From the NCBI RefSeq assembly GCF_004010195.1, contig NC_057718.1:33288820-33315544 (forward strand): a stretch of DNA of 26,725 bases, written 5' to 3'. The notes beneath the pieces are model-generated. The model was given only the letters and a program-made list of their open reading frames with translations, did no database searches and was not told the origin of the DNA. Positions 1-10,869 of this stretch are shown here, one piece after another; the first letter of the stretch is position 1; each line of letters starts with the position of its first letter. The stretch comes from Chiloscyllium plagiosum (lineage: Eukaryota). The position numbers and the translations under genes were made by a program.

Positions 1-83
1 ATGTAAGGTTTCAATTTGAGGTCATCCTATCTTGGGGCATGGTTATATAGATATTGAAGTGTTACTCTGCATCTGCAAATTTA

Positions 84-209
84 GGAGAAAGTGAGGACTG
101 CAGATGCTGGAGATCAGAGTCGAGAGTGTGTTGCTGGAAAAGCACAGCAGTCAGACAGCATCCGAGGAGCAGGAGAATCACGTTTCGGGCATAAGCCCTT
201 CATCAGAAA
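84..209 (-). mobile_element. Short Penelope-like-element (PLE)-derived terminal repeat carrying a hammerhead ribozyme core
   Basis: gagaaagtgaggactgcagatgctggagatc...cgtttcgggcataagcccttcatcag; related copies recur in this window. Flanked by a 15-bp near-perfect direct repeat, atctgcaaatttagg (71-85) and atctgtaaatttagg (217-231). The PLE link is inferred from the hammerhead motif, which is known in PLE terminal repeats. Confidence 0.75.
176..209 (-). ncRNA. Minimal hammerhead ribozyme-like motif, probably inactivated
   Basis: Minus strand reads CUGAUGA-A-GGGC(UUAU)GCCC-GAAA-C-GU-GAUU: both conserved boxes and a perfect 4-bp stem II, but the C of the expected GUC cleavage triplet is missing. 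Confidence 0.65.
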
Positions 210-437
210 TTTGTAAATCTGTAAATTTAGGCAAAGGTTTGTTGATTTCTAACAGAAACCCAATCTTGTCTTACTCCAACACCCGTAATTTCCCTAGGAT
301 TTGCTGGATAGTGATCAAAGCTGCTAATTCTGGTCCTTTTCCCTCCTACTACTATCACTGAGCCCAGTGTGCTTTCCCATTCAAATTGACTAACTCAGTA
401 TACTTGCCAATGGAACCAAATATATTTTCCATTCTAT

Positions 438-536
438 CTGTTTAGAGACGTTATTACACACTTTTGGAGCAAGTGGGACTTGAACCCGGCCAACTAGTTC
501 TGACGTAGGGACACGAGAATTGTGCCTCAAGAGCCC
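438..536 (-). mobile_element. Short tRNA-derived SINE
   Basis: Minus strand gggctcttgaggcacaat...ccgggttcaagtcccac: decayed A box and clear B box GGTTCAAGTCC; homologous to 13725-13825. Confidence 0.7.
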
Positions 537-1332
537 TGAGCCTATAGTATATATGTGATTGAACTTTTACCTGTTCACCTAGCAACTGAATAATCACAGA
601 AGACTATCTCTTTATGATACTTAAAGGCACTTACATTTGTACTGTTTCCTTTCAATCTGCTCTGTGTAAGTGTGCCATGATTACGATGTCCTACTTACTA
701 TTCAATGAATTATATTTAAAAGTGAAAAATAAAACAAAAACAAATATGGTTGAAGTACTTTTTTTTTCTCTGTGGCAAATAACTGCCACAGTGTTGGATT
801 CACTAAGAGGTACCTTCAGAAACTAGTTTGAAGACTGTGCAAGCAATGGGCTTCATTCATACTTTTTCATGAAAATACCAGTAATTCTGTCATTTCATAC
901 AAAATTGAAATGTACCTAAATTTGATGGGAAGTCTTTTGGTTCCTTTTGTGTGATTATCCTGTGTTTAAAACTAAATTTTGTAGAAGTCTTACAGCTTAA
1001 CTAAATCTCTTTATAAACTAACTAGAACTGTATGTAAAATGGTTTGTCCATTTGAATTAACTTACCCTCATACCTAATTTATAATAATTTTATTTCATTT
1101 ATAATGTATGTGTTAACTTCCTATGCGTACTCAAAACATGAATGTATTACGTTGATATCTTTTCACATCTTGTAGGTATTTTTACTGCCAAATGATATCA
1201 GCCACTCTTATCCATAGTTCATAATGTGGTATTTACCCAGATGACACTTATGATACTTTGTAGTATTTGCCACCTTTATTAGCTTGTGGTACTGGATAAA
1301 GGTTTTTTGCCGCAGATCCTCCTTTGGCTTTG

Positions 1333-1448
1333 AGATAGTAAGGACTGGAAGTCAAATCGGTAAAATGTGGAGTTGGAAAACACAGCACGTCAGACAGCAT
1401 CAGAGGAGCAGGAAAGTAAACATTTCGGGTCATACCTTTCGCCAGGAC
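1333..1448 (-). mobile_element. Diverged PLE-derived short repeat
   Basis: Aligns by eye to 84-209 (ggaaaacacagcacgtcagacagcatcagaggagcagg...catttcgggtc); hammerhead boxes decayed. Confidence 0.65.
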
Positions 1449-1505
1449 ATCTTTTGGCTTTGCTTTGTCTGGGTGTGGAGAATACACTAGAGAACATTGA
1501 GAAGG

Positions 1506-1630
1506 GGTGAAAGTGAGGACTGCAGATGCTGGAGATTAGAGTCGAGAGTGTGGTGCTGGAAAAGCACAGCAGGTCAGGCAGCATCTGAGGAGCAGGAAAA
1601 TTGATGTTTCAGGCAAAAGCTCTGTTCATA
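1506..1630 (-). mobile_element. PLE-derived short repeat
   Basis: gaaagtgaggactgcagatgctggagattagagtcgagagtgtggtgctggaaaagcacagcagg is highly similar to 86-175; the ribozyme end is degenerate. Confidence 0.8.
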
Positions 1631-2410
1631 GATAACAAGAAGATTTAGTACATGTTAGCAATAAGTACAACTACATTTGGTCACATACAATGACTGGAAC
1701 CTTAGGGAACTGGGCCAAATACATCTGATCCCACTAAAAACTAGAGTAGAACTTGTTCTTTCCACCCACAGACTGTGTGTGGCATTAGTAATATGGGAGG
1801 AGCCAATGTAACATGAACATCATCCCCCTCAGAACTGTTATGCCAAAAAATACCTCATATTCCTTGCAAATTAAGCTGTCATGGTAAAATATTTTTTAAA
1901 AAGTTACTTAAAAATGGGAATGAATCTCTGGAAGTTGGTTCAAATCTATCACTGATTAATGAGAACAAAGACTCATCTGTTTGTTGCAGTCTTCCCCCTA
2001 CTTGAAATGAGTTTAAGCAGTTTCAGTTTAGTTCCTCGATCAGTAATGTTTCAAAATACAAACCTGCCTCATGTTGGACTTTAAATTGGCATTGCTGAGA
2101 TGATTGAACTGCAAAATTGAAAAATCTATGCCCTGGTGCATTCCACATATTGAAGGCCCATGTTGGTGCAGAGTTTAATGAAACTTTACGTTTCACTTAG
2201 TCAGTCTATATGACTGAGGAGAAATTTATGTTCAATGGGGAATGGTCTGTTCAATATCACACATATCCATTACTTTGCCAAGCCCAAAATATTCGCAAGA
2301 AGTAATGTGAATAAATAATGCACACAATACTCATTTTATAAATTAGAACATACTCAGAAAAGGTTAAAAGCAATTATTTTATCTCTGAACTCATTTGTGT
2401 TGATAGCTTT

Positions 2411-2533
2411 ATAGTCATAGAATCATGCAGCATGGAAACAAACCGTTCAGTCCAATTCATCCATGTCTAACAGTTATCTTAAACTGATGTAGCCCCATTT
2501 CCCAGCATTTGGCATCTATCCCTCTAAACCTTT
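2411..2533 (-). mobile_element. CR1/HER1 LINE 3'-end fragment
   Basis: atagtcatagaatcatgcagcatggaaaca...ccctctaaacc; similar to 17850-17980 and to the reverse complement of the 3' end of the LINE at 11925-13690. Confidence 0.75.
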
Positions 2534-4164
2534 GAACCTGAGTAGGAATTACCAGCTTGTAAATGGATCCTCCTGGAAGCTATTTTTCTACACATAAGTA
2601 TTTTGCACCTCACAAAATAAGATCAGACCTTTATAAGTTTACTAATTGGCAAGGTATGTGGATACTCTACATCTGTTTGAAGTTGGGTACAAACTCCGAT
2701 AGGAAAAGCTTGCAGAACTCTCAGCTCTTGCTCAAAACATAATTGTCTTTTTTTTTCCAGACTTCTAATACATTTTTACCCATGGTCTATTTAATTTATT
2801 TCCGATGTAATCTATCAGTGATGCGCATTTTAACACTAATATTCAATTTGGTGCGCAAAACTTTTTCTAAACACTTGTTCCTATATTAAGACTACATTGC
2901 AGTGCAAGAAGAGATTCAGTCCCCTTATGATCCAAAACCTGTATCTTATTTATTCCAAGACATGTGTCAATGTGCTCAAATTCAATTATTAATCTCTAAT
3001 CATAAATTCACTTACTGGAGATGAAGTGGGCAGTTCATCACATTTTTCTATTATTTCAAAAGACGGTCAAAAACAGTATAAGCAGGCTATTTGATGAGGT
3101 TTATTTACATACAGATTGCTACTATGTAGAAAGGTACAGTACTAAAACAATGCAAATCTTCAAAACTAAAAGATCAACATAGACTACAAGGATTTACTGT
3201 AACCTTTTCATACAGATATATTTTATAGTTTCCTATCAAGAAATATCTGAAAATGGATTCACATGGAGATTTACCTAGGAACCAATGCTCATAGTGACCC
3301 TATTGGCTCCACAGGTTCAGCGTTCTGTTGCAACTGAGAACTATAGACTACAGAGTAGTCCGGTGCTTGAACTGATATGCTTTAATGAAAAGACAGGAGA
3401 ATTGGAACATTAATAAATTTGCATTGCAACTAAGCAAGAGTTAATAGTCAAAATGAATTATACATTGGTGCTGTTGATACTTTCCCAATTGTACTGTTCT
3501 CACCTACTGAATAAGAGAAAAACATATTTGTACTTGTCCCATCACCATGATGGCGATGCAAGTAACACTTCTGTTAAGATCAGAGTGAGAGTCTGACTTT
3601 GATTCAGACAATAAGAACAAGGGCATGACACACAAAGCCAACAGCTGGTTGAAACTATTTACAGTTGACATTATCATGAGTATTAAAAAGTACATAAAAT
3701 GAAAACAGAAAGTAGCCTTAAAATCAAAGTTGAAGCACAGTATGAATTGTTCAGTAAGTTTACCTAACACAAGCTGAGAGCTCAGTTGGAGAATGATTCC
3801 AGGTTTAATCCCAAAACTTTGTTGATCTAATTAATCTTAGCCTACAAGTTGTGGTTTAAAGATAATAAAATTATTCAGGATTCTAACTCCTGAAGTTGGC
3901 CCTACTAAAATTCTCTGTACATATTTAATGTTGGTTAAGCTCCTCCCTTGTGATGCCCACTGAAATTGTTTGTTGGCAGTCATAGTCATAGCCACAGGAT
4001 GGTGCTTTGTGTCAATGGAGCTTTATCTCTGTAAGGAGCCAAAATCTTCAGGACAGAAAGAGAGGCAAGCAAACTGGCAAATAAATTATTTATTTTACAT
4101 TGTTGAGGAGGCACAGATAGAGAACATTTAATCCATCATTTCTATCTTTCCTTCTCACTAAATC

Positions 4165-4510
4165 ATGGTGATTTGTGACTTGGAGAGGAACTTTAGTGGG
4201 GAGGTATTCCCATGCATTTGTTGCCCTTGTCCTTGTAGATGGTAGAAGCTGGATGTTTGAGAGTACTGACCAAGGAACCAGGGTTGGAGCTGGCAGTGCA
4301 TTTTATAGATGGTAATGAAGGGAGTGAAAGTTGAAGGTGGTGGATGAGGTGCAAGTCAAATGGGTTGACTTGGATCATGTCAAGCTTTCTGCATGTTGTT
4401 GGAGCTGCCCCCATCCAATAAAATGAAGAGTATCCCTTCACAATCTTGAATTGTGCCTTGTAGATGATGGCCAGGCGCTGGGGAGACAGGAGGGGAGTCA
4501 CCTCCTGCAA
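4165..4510 (-). mobile_element. Decayed L2/CR1-group LINE, ORF2 C-terminal region
   Basis: ORF 4193-4510 reads QEVTPLLSPQRLAIIYKAQFKIVKGYSSFYWMGAAPTTCRKLDMIQ, matching the LINE post-RT pattern ...IYKAQVRSxMEYSxxxWxxAAPTTLxKLDxIQ. Confidence 0.7.
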
Positions 4511-4999
4511 ATATGATGCAAGATCACCAGTTTCTGGTGCATTTGTGTCTGTATTTAAGAAGTGATTGCACCTAAATTAATAAACTGAGTCGAGCAGTCT
4601 ACAAAACTGGTACCTTCAAAAAGGAAAAACATTCCATTAATTCCACAGTAGACATTGAAATAGTTTGCTGGAGCAAAGCAGAAAAAGCATTGCATTTTAT
4701 ATTTGTTACACTGAATCTGAGAGCCCAACATGTTGACACTGGATAATAAAAAATGGAGAATGCAATCCATTCCCAAGAACTGGCATCTCACATATTAATT
4801 ATCGTATTGATTCACCATCAGAAACTGGTTACTCAGTGCAGGTGAATTTAAATGATCAATTTAAGAACATGTAGTTGTGCACCAGAACCATTTGTATCAT
4901 GACTGGAGAATTTAATTTCTATCATGCTGCCTGTTAAAATTTCAATCGATGATATTCACCATTTTCCAACTAATAATGTGGAGAAAATAAGGTGTGGCT

Positions 5000-5115
5000 C
5001 ATGTCTGAATTTCTGAAACAAGAGAAGAAAATGCTATAAACACTCAGACAGTAAGCATCCGTGGAATAAAAAATCAAATTAAAATGTCAGGTGTAGCCTC
5101 CTTCATTAGAACTGG
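5000..5115 (-). mobile_element. Old PLE-derived short repeat
   Basis: gaaaatgctataaacactcagacagtaagcatccgtgga...cttcattagaac has the same layout as the copies at 7301 and 15190 but is heavily diverged. Confidence 0.45.
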
Positions 5116-5282
5116 CATTTCTAATGTGTATTGCTGTCAGGTGAAACTCCATACAGTGAAAAGGTAAAATTCAAGAACAATAAGAAGCTGCGCAATGTGG
5201 CATATCGCAGACTGGAGGTCAAATATTAATTTTCAACATTTCTAAAAGCAAAGCATATGTGGTAAATAATGCTTGGGTCACC

Positions 5283-5353
5283 CAGACTGAAGCTTATGGG
5301 AAGCAATTGCCTGAACCTTAGATATTGACATACCCCAGAACGTAGCTCTTGGT
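5283..5353. repeat. Left arm of a 71-bp inverted repeat (partner 6364-6434)
   Basis: Its reverse complement matches 6364-6434 at 64/71 positions without gaps. Confidence 0.95.
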
Positions 5354-5744
5354 CTTATATATGAAGGAAAAGTATTCAGTCTTGTAACATATTATTCCAC
5401 AACAATTCAAATAGCTGTACCAGCAGTGTATTCTGTAAGTAAATGTATGGAATTACCTCCTCTCTATCCCAAATGGATGTACTTGAATTATGTGAATCTG
5501 TTATATTCTCATTTCCTCTGGAATGCAGTATGTAACAAGAGCTAAAATAATTTGCTATATGTTGTAGGTGCTATACTAGCAAATAAAGTTTAGTGCAAAG
5601 CCTGCATCAGAAGTTATTTCATTCCCAGAGAATTATTTCAGTTATGTAACGTAGATAAATACACAGGGAACCTCTGCGTGGTAAAAACATCAAAATTTTG
5701 GATTCAGGTTTATTGAAGAGGCTTCATAGAAGAAAGAGAGGCTT

Positions 5745-5812
5745 CATAGAATCCCTACAATGTGGAAAAAGGATATTCAGCCCAACAAGTCCACACTGAC
5801 CAGTCTCTGAAA
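5745..5812 (-). mobile_element. HE1/HER1-type 3'-tail fragment
   Basis: catagaatccctacaatgtggaaaaaggatattcagcccaacaagtccac is the reverse complement of the HE1 tail (gtggacttgttgggccgaagggcctgtttcc) seen at about 9538-9570; preceded by a 15-bp duplication agaggcttcatagaa (5717-5731, 5737-5751). Confidence 0.65.
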
Positions 5813-6363
5813 AAGGATCTCCTTGTATGTCCAATTGTATCCATCACAGAGCCGACTTGTGGAGTAATAAAACCAATAGCAGAAAACACAGAGCTGTGAA
5901 ATATTATATAGCCATGCAAAGGATTTGCATGTGCTGATAATAGAATTTATAAGTATAATGTACTGCTAATGCTGTTTACCTTTCTGTCTTGAATTGTAAA
6001 AAAAAATCATTGAACATGTATAGTCAAACACAATGAGGATAAGACATGGTTTGAGTCTTCGGTTTATAGTGAGTGAATAAAGCGCATTCCATTTTTTATT
6101 ACAAATAATTACGGAATTTTTATCTGTTTTGGCAATTTATTGCTTCATAAAAATGGAAACAGTGACCTTGCCTTAACTATACAAAGCAGCTGCTATTCTT
6201 GAGAATCAGAGCAACATTTCCACCTGTGAGCTGATAAGTTACATTCAGTTCCAACATACAGGCATGAATCTTCCCTGAAATTTACCAGGTCATTTTCATC
6301 ACGTTTCTCAGACTATATCTGTTTACAAGGCCTAATGAATTTTCTTGTGCTATTGTCCCAAGC

Positions 6364-6434
6364 ACTAAGACCCATGTTCTGGGGTATGTCAGTATCTGAG
6401 GTTCAGGCAATTGCTTCCCATGAGCTTCAGTCTG
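6364..6434. repeat. Right arm of the 71-bp inverted repeat (partner 5283-5353)
   Basis: See the left arm. Confidence 0.95.
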
Positions 6435-6569
6435 CTTTTCTTGTCCAACGCCTGCCCGATTCTCCCACTGATGTAGACAGAGATACTTGTCACTGCTAGG
6501 AGATCTCATGATCCCTGGCACTCATACCAGTCCGAAGCTGCCCTGCACAACTCGTGACATTGGTTCCCA

Positions 6570-6665
6570 ACATGTCAAAGAATGGGAAATTGGTGCCCTG
6601 CTTTGTGGAGGTCCGACGGTGGAGAGGAGGGACATCCTCTTCACAAGGACTGCCAGAGGAGGCCT
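6570..6665 (+). pseudogene. Possible fossil of a Harbinger-associated Myb/SANT-like protein N-terminus
   Basis: Two frames give GKLVPCFVE and VERRDILF, resembling the APRF...VxxRRxVLF start of NAIF1/MSANTD-like Harbinger ORF2 proteins. Short match only. Confidence 0.4.
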
Positions 6666-6708
6666 TGACACCATACACTGCCCACATGATCTGAGCTTTC
6701 CATCTGCG

Positions 6709-6741
6709 TCTTCTTTCTTCTTCTTTCTTATCTTCTTTCTT
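6709..6741 (+). repeat. Imperfect (TTC/TTTC)n low-complexity tract
   Basis: tcttctttcttcttctttcttatcttctttctt. Confidence 0.8.
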
Positions 6742-7300
6742 GGGTTGTATACTGTATTCTGCTGACAATGTTTGTTTGAGTGATTTTAAAATGTTGATAG
6801 TTCTCTTACTACATATATGGCACACCCTTCCTTAAGAGTTTGTTTGAAGGAAGTGCTTTGTCAAAAAAGTTTGATATGTATGGTATAGGAATTTACAAAG
6901 CCAAAGATATCTCTGCAGGTCTTTTTCTTAGGGTGTAGGCATGTATCTTACATCTTTGCCTTTGTCTGGTCAGGACAGATCCCATAACCTGAATAGATAC
7001 AGCCAAAAACACTAATCTTCTTGCTGTTGAAAGTGTGTCCTTCACAACAAACTGCTGTAAGTAATGAGAGTAGATTTTGGTTGTGCTCTTCATTGTTTTT
7101 GCCCATCACTGCAATATCATTGGCAGTACATACACAACCAGGAATACTTTCTATAATTCTGACTATACGCCACTAGAATAGATCCTGATTGACAAACAGA
7201 CCAAAAGCTAGTCTTTGGAAGCAATATTTTCTAAAAACTGTTTTGAAAGTAGTGACTCCTTGAAATTTCTTTGCCATAGAACTAATTAATACCCAGAAGG

Positions 7301-7413
7301 AAAAACAAAGAACTGCAGATGCTGGAAATCAGAAATAAAAACAGAAATTGCGAGAAACATTCAGCAGATCTAGCAGCATCTGCGGAGAGAAAGCACAGTG
7401 ATCATTCTTCAGA
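7301..7413 (-). mobile_element. PLE-derived short repeat at the end of the Gypsy RT fragment
   Basis: aaaaacaaagaactgcagatgctggaaatcagaaataaaaacagaaattg...cagcatctgcggagagaaagcacag; ends in ttcttcag (CUGAAGA on the minus strand), with the GAAA box deleted. Confidence 0.7.
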
Positions 7414-8560
7414 AGGTTCCATGTTTAGCATCTCTTTGGGAAGAAGTTAGCTCCTGTGGATTGGGATTCAATTTCTCCAGCATTGGAATTTTGTGTGAGC
7501 ATTTCTTTAGAGTAGGTTTTGACCATCTTGGATCCAAACACACCCTAATTGTGCCAACTGTCTTCAGTACATACATAAAGAACTGCACCAGTCTATACAT
7601 TGATGCACACAATAGATTATGCCCTTACATTCCATGTCATCCAGCTTACTCTTAAGATTCTCTTGTGTGTGGACATTACACCTTCCATGATGACCAATGA
7701 ATGGAATTACACCTTTGCTGATGTGCAACACTGCATTGCCTTTGAAGTTTTCTATGATATCAAATATGTCTGGGCACAATTGGTGCAAGTCTTGAACTGA
7801 CTCAGTGTGAGGATTCTTGGCCTCTTTTGTTGTAATTGACATCTTGATGATCTCATGAATAGTCACAGTATTGAGATTGGAGCATGTCAGCAATCCTGCT
7901 ATCATTGGTCCACTCATGTCCAACAGATTAAATACTTGTGGATCCATGTAGAATTGCCTTGCTTCATTTCTTCATCAATGCACAATTACAAGAATGGGTA
8001 TGTCTTTATATGCTGTCAATTTTGCTGTGGTAGATTTTATTATTAACTTCTAATGATCCAGGTACATAAACTTCAGAATTCTGATTGGTGGGATGTTTGC
8101 ACTAGTTACAAAATTGAATTTCTGGACACTTGAGTGTATGTTTGCCAGTTTTCTTTGGACATGTGTTACAAATGGCATCTGTTTGATTTCATTCATACAA
8201 TGCATTATATTCACAATTTGGAAGGTTTTCAACTTTGAACCTTCGCCCTGATTCTTCTTGTTGCATGATGTTGCCTCCTATTTTAGCCTGTGGTCACATC
8301 CTTGGGACCATCTTTCTTGCATAGATGAAATCAATGTCTTTTTTCACTGCATGAGTTGCAAAGATCTTGGAATACATGACAAGAGTGCAACATACCTCCC
8401 AAACAGCTTGCTTGCTTTCTTCTTCCTGGTTACCTCATCAGTAATGGTAACTGCAACAAATGCTTGCAAATGTTCTTATCCAGTTATAATGGTTTCAGAT
8501 TTTCTGTTACCCAGGATACCTTTATAGAGATATATTGTGGAACTCCCCCTGTACAATCAA
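7412..8560 (-). mobile_element. Ty3/Gypsy LTR retrotransposon fossil: gag zinc knuckle, protease remnant and N-terminal RT
   Basis: Minus-strand translation: CCHC knuckle CNSCSEKRH*FHLC (about 8315-8358); protease remnant TSANIPPIRIL (about 8075-8110); then PDIFDIIENFKGNAVLH...LKSKLDDMECKGII...DWCSS, and GTIRVCLDPR...HKIPMLEKLNP...DAKHG. Multiple frameshifts and stops. Confidence 0.85.
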
Positions 8561-8669
8561 GGCTCCTGACACTTATTTTGAGAATGCCAAAAGTCTGCTC
8601 TATTTGACTGTGAGTCATCACTTGTTATAGCTTGGGCTTCATTTGCAGTCACCAAAAGGTAGTTGTCAA

Positions 8670-8822
8670 CTATCTCCCCAAGGATATGCCTAGATCCTCA
8701 GAAGACAGGTACAGATCTGTGTTAGTGTATGAAAAAGCTGAGGAAATTAGGAACTCCTCAGAATAAATGAGATCTGGCATTTTCCAAAGTAACATGTACC
8801 ACCATGCAGGAACAGGTTGTAG
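8670..8822 (+). repeat. 153-bp direct repeat, copy 1
   Basis: 152/153 identical to 9115-9267 (single t/c difference in gtgttag/gtgtcag). Confidence 0.97.
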
Positions 8823-9114
8823 TTCTCACTCACTACCTATACATTCAGGGAGTTGAAAGGTTTCCCCTACATTGAGGCATCAGGTTGATGTCTTATTGTC
8901 CTTATGATGATGCAGGTTTAGTCAATAGACTCCTGTACATGGCGAAAACCCATTAATATTTCAAGCCCTCGTCCTCTACGTCTGAGACACCAAATCCATT
9001 GGGAAGTTATGTGCTCTCCTACCTCAAGCAAAAACGGAACAAGTGACTGTCTTGATGTGGCTGACTGTGAGATAGCACAGAAGTCTTTGATTGAGCCCAA
9101 AAAATAAAAGTCAT

Positions 9115-9267
9115 CTATCTCCCCAAGGATATGCCTAGATCCTCAGAAGACAGGTACAGATCTGTGTCAGTGTATGAAAAAGCTGAGGAAATTAGGAACT
9201 CCTCAGAATAAATGAGATCTGGCATTTTCCAAAGTAACATGTACCACCATGCAGGAACAGGTTGTAG
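9115..9267 (+). repeat. 153-bp direct repeat, copy 2
   Basis: Near-perfect copy of 8670-8822, bracketed by aaataaaagtc at 9102-9112 and 9269-9279. Confidence 0.97.
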
Positions 9268-9279
9268 CAAATAAAAGTC

Positions 9280-9610
9280 GGGCGGCACGGTGGCACAGTG
9301 GTTAGCACTGCTGCCTCGCAGCGCCAGAGACCCGGGTTCAATTCCCGACTCAGGCGACTGACTGTGTGGAGTTTGCACGTTCTCCCCGTGTCTGCGTGGG
9401 TTTCCTCCGGGTGCTCCGGTTTCCTCCCACAGTCCAAGGATGTGCAGGTCAGGTGAATTGGCCATGCTAAATTGCCCGTAGTGTTAGGTATAGGGGTAAA
9501 TGTAGGGGTATGGGTGGGTTGCGCTTCGGCGGGTCGGTGTGGACTTGTTGGGCCGAAGGGCCTGTTTCCATACTGTAATGTAATCTAATCTAAATCTAAT
9601 CTAATCTAAT
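9280..9610 (+). mobile_element. Full-length HE1-type V-SINE (young, CpG-rich)
   Basis: gggcggcacggtggcacagtggttagc (A box), GGTTCAATTCC (B box), V-domain gtgtggagtttgcacgttctccccgtgtctgcgtgggtttcctccgggtgctccggtttcctcccac, CR1-like tail and (AATCT)n end. Confidence 0.93.
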
Positions 9611-10869
9611 AAAAATTCAGAACCACCATTGTAAGCCAAAGGCAGAACATGAGGATCAACTGACTGTTGTCAAGATCTTGCTAGACCATGGCACATGGTT
9701 AGGTGATCAGTTTCCTTTCTGTATTGATTGTCAGTCATATTGAGAGATCACTTTGACAATTGTTGTACCCTTACATCAGGGCAGCTCCATGCCCTTTGTG
9801 AACACTGTACTGCCTCAAGCTTTACTGGTCCATTCCCTCTGACATTATCTGACAGTGATCAAACTCATATTCCTCTTTGATGCAAACACATAAAGGTGCC
9901 ATTCTCATTTTATCAGTACTTTGTCATGATGCACACTCTTTCCTTCTTTGGTATATTCTTTAGCCTGCCCCTTGGGTGCTTGAGTCGCAAGGGGTGAAAA
10001 TATTTGCCTGTCCAAGGCAGAGTCTACTATTTAATTCCCTGAGATGACAGTCACACATTTGAGATTATAATTTGTGGAAGTTCTATGGAATTTGTTTAAC
10101 ATTTTAAAGCTATCTCAGAGGGTTCCTGCATTGTTCAAAAAGTTTAACCATACTGTTCAGAGATGTAAATCTTAGAATCTCTGGAGTCTTCCACCCTTAT
10201 GAAAATTCAGGCCCTAGACTCAACAGCTTTTTAGTGAAGATATGGATTTCTGGGTTTTCTGAGTTTTACTAATTACATCCTGTCCATTGAAGTGTATACC
10301 CACTACTACTATTCTGTGTCTCCAACCTTCTAAACAATCTCCAATTCATGTTAAAATGTTCTCTTCAAACCAATTGCTTTCTTTTTTTTATGAACAGTCA
10401 TGAATGGGGATCTCTCTCATATCTTCTCGAAGTCCCTTATAAATAATATCTAAAATGACCCTTATATGTACTAACTCCTCAAAAACTTCACTGAGATTAG
10501 TAGACATTGCTTATCCTTTGCAAATCTGCATGAATTGAATCATCTCCAGTTTATCCAAGCATTCAGTCATTCTGCCAAGGCATTAATCTTTAGCATTTTT
10601 CAGAGGTCACTCTGTCCATCAAGCTGAAAAGTGCTGGAACTGACAAATTGAACATTTTTTCTCCTACAGGCATTTAGAGCTCTACATTAACTCAGACATG
10701 ATGATGTGGGTGAGAGTTAAAATTCTCAACCAGGATTTCTGGATGTGCAATTTGCTGGTGAGGTGGAACACTTTATTAATATATTAACCATGTCCTCTCA
10801 GTCTGACAAGGAGCCTGATTCAAACTTAATGGTTGCTGCATTTGTCACCCAGGCCTCAAAAAATTAGTG

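Larger units (their letters stand above)
8600..10650 (-). mobile_element. Highly decayed Gypsy pol remnant (late RT, RNase H, integrase), interrupted by a SINE and a duplication
   Basis: Scattered minus-strand motif remnants: FQ/MDRV (about 10610-10630), NYNLKCVTVISGN*IVDSALDR (about 10005-10075, RNase H end), HKGHG and HVPWSSKILT (about 9665-9805, integrase Zn region), EHITS (about 9000-9015). Read by eye across frameshifts. Confidence 0.5.

Noticed and set aside
1176..1283. Acceptor-like site (tttcacatcttgtag) followed by a short open frame
   Set aside because: All frames stop quickly and no product is recognisable.
3314..3412. Possible terminal exon VQRSVATENYRLQSSPVLELICFNEKTGELEH* with adjacent AATAAA
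   Set aside because: Weak polypyrimidine tract and no homology I can recognise.
3504..3770. Hydrophobic 88-aa minus-strand ORF ending next to an ag|gtgag donor-like site
   Set aside because: Non-ATG start, composition explained by T-rich DNA, no known motif.
4526..4829. 14-bp imperfect inverted repeat (accagtttctggtg / catcagaaactggt) as MITE ends
   Set aside because: Too short and no target-site duplication.
6952..6988. Candidate 37-nt minus-strand exon (ttcag|...|gtaaga)
   Set aside because: No recognisable peptide in the frames I read and no supporting exon chain.
8670..9267. The 153-bp direct repeats as LTRs of a mini (TRIM-like) element
   Set aside because: No TG...CA termini, no evident PBS or polypurine tract, and the short flanking duplication brackets copy 2 only.
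9115..9465. 116-aa and 81-aa ORFs, and similar ORFs at 16388-16724
   Set aside because: Translations of HE1 SINE sequence, not genes.
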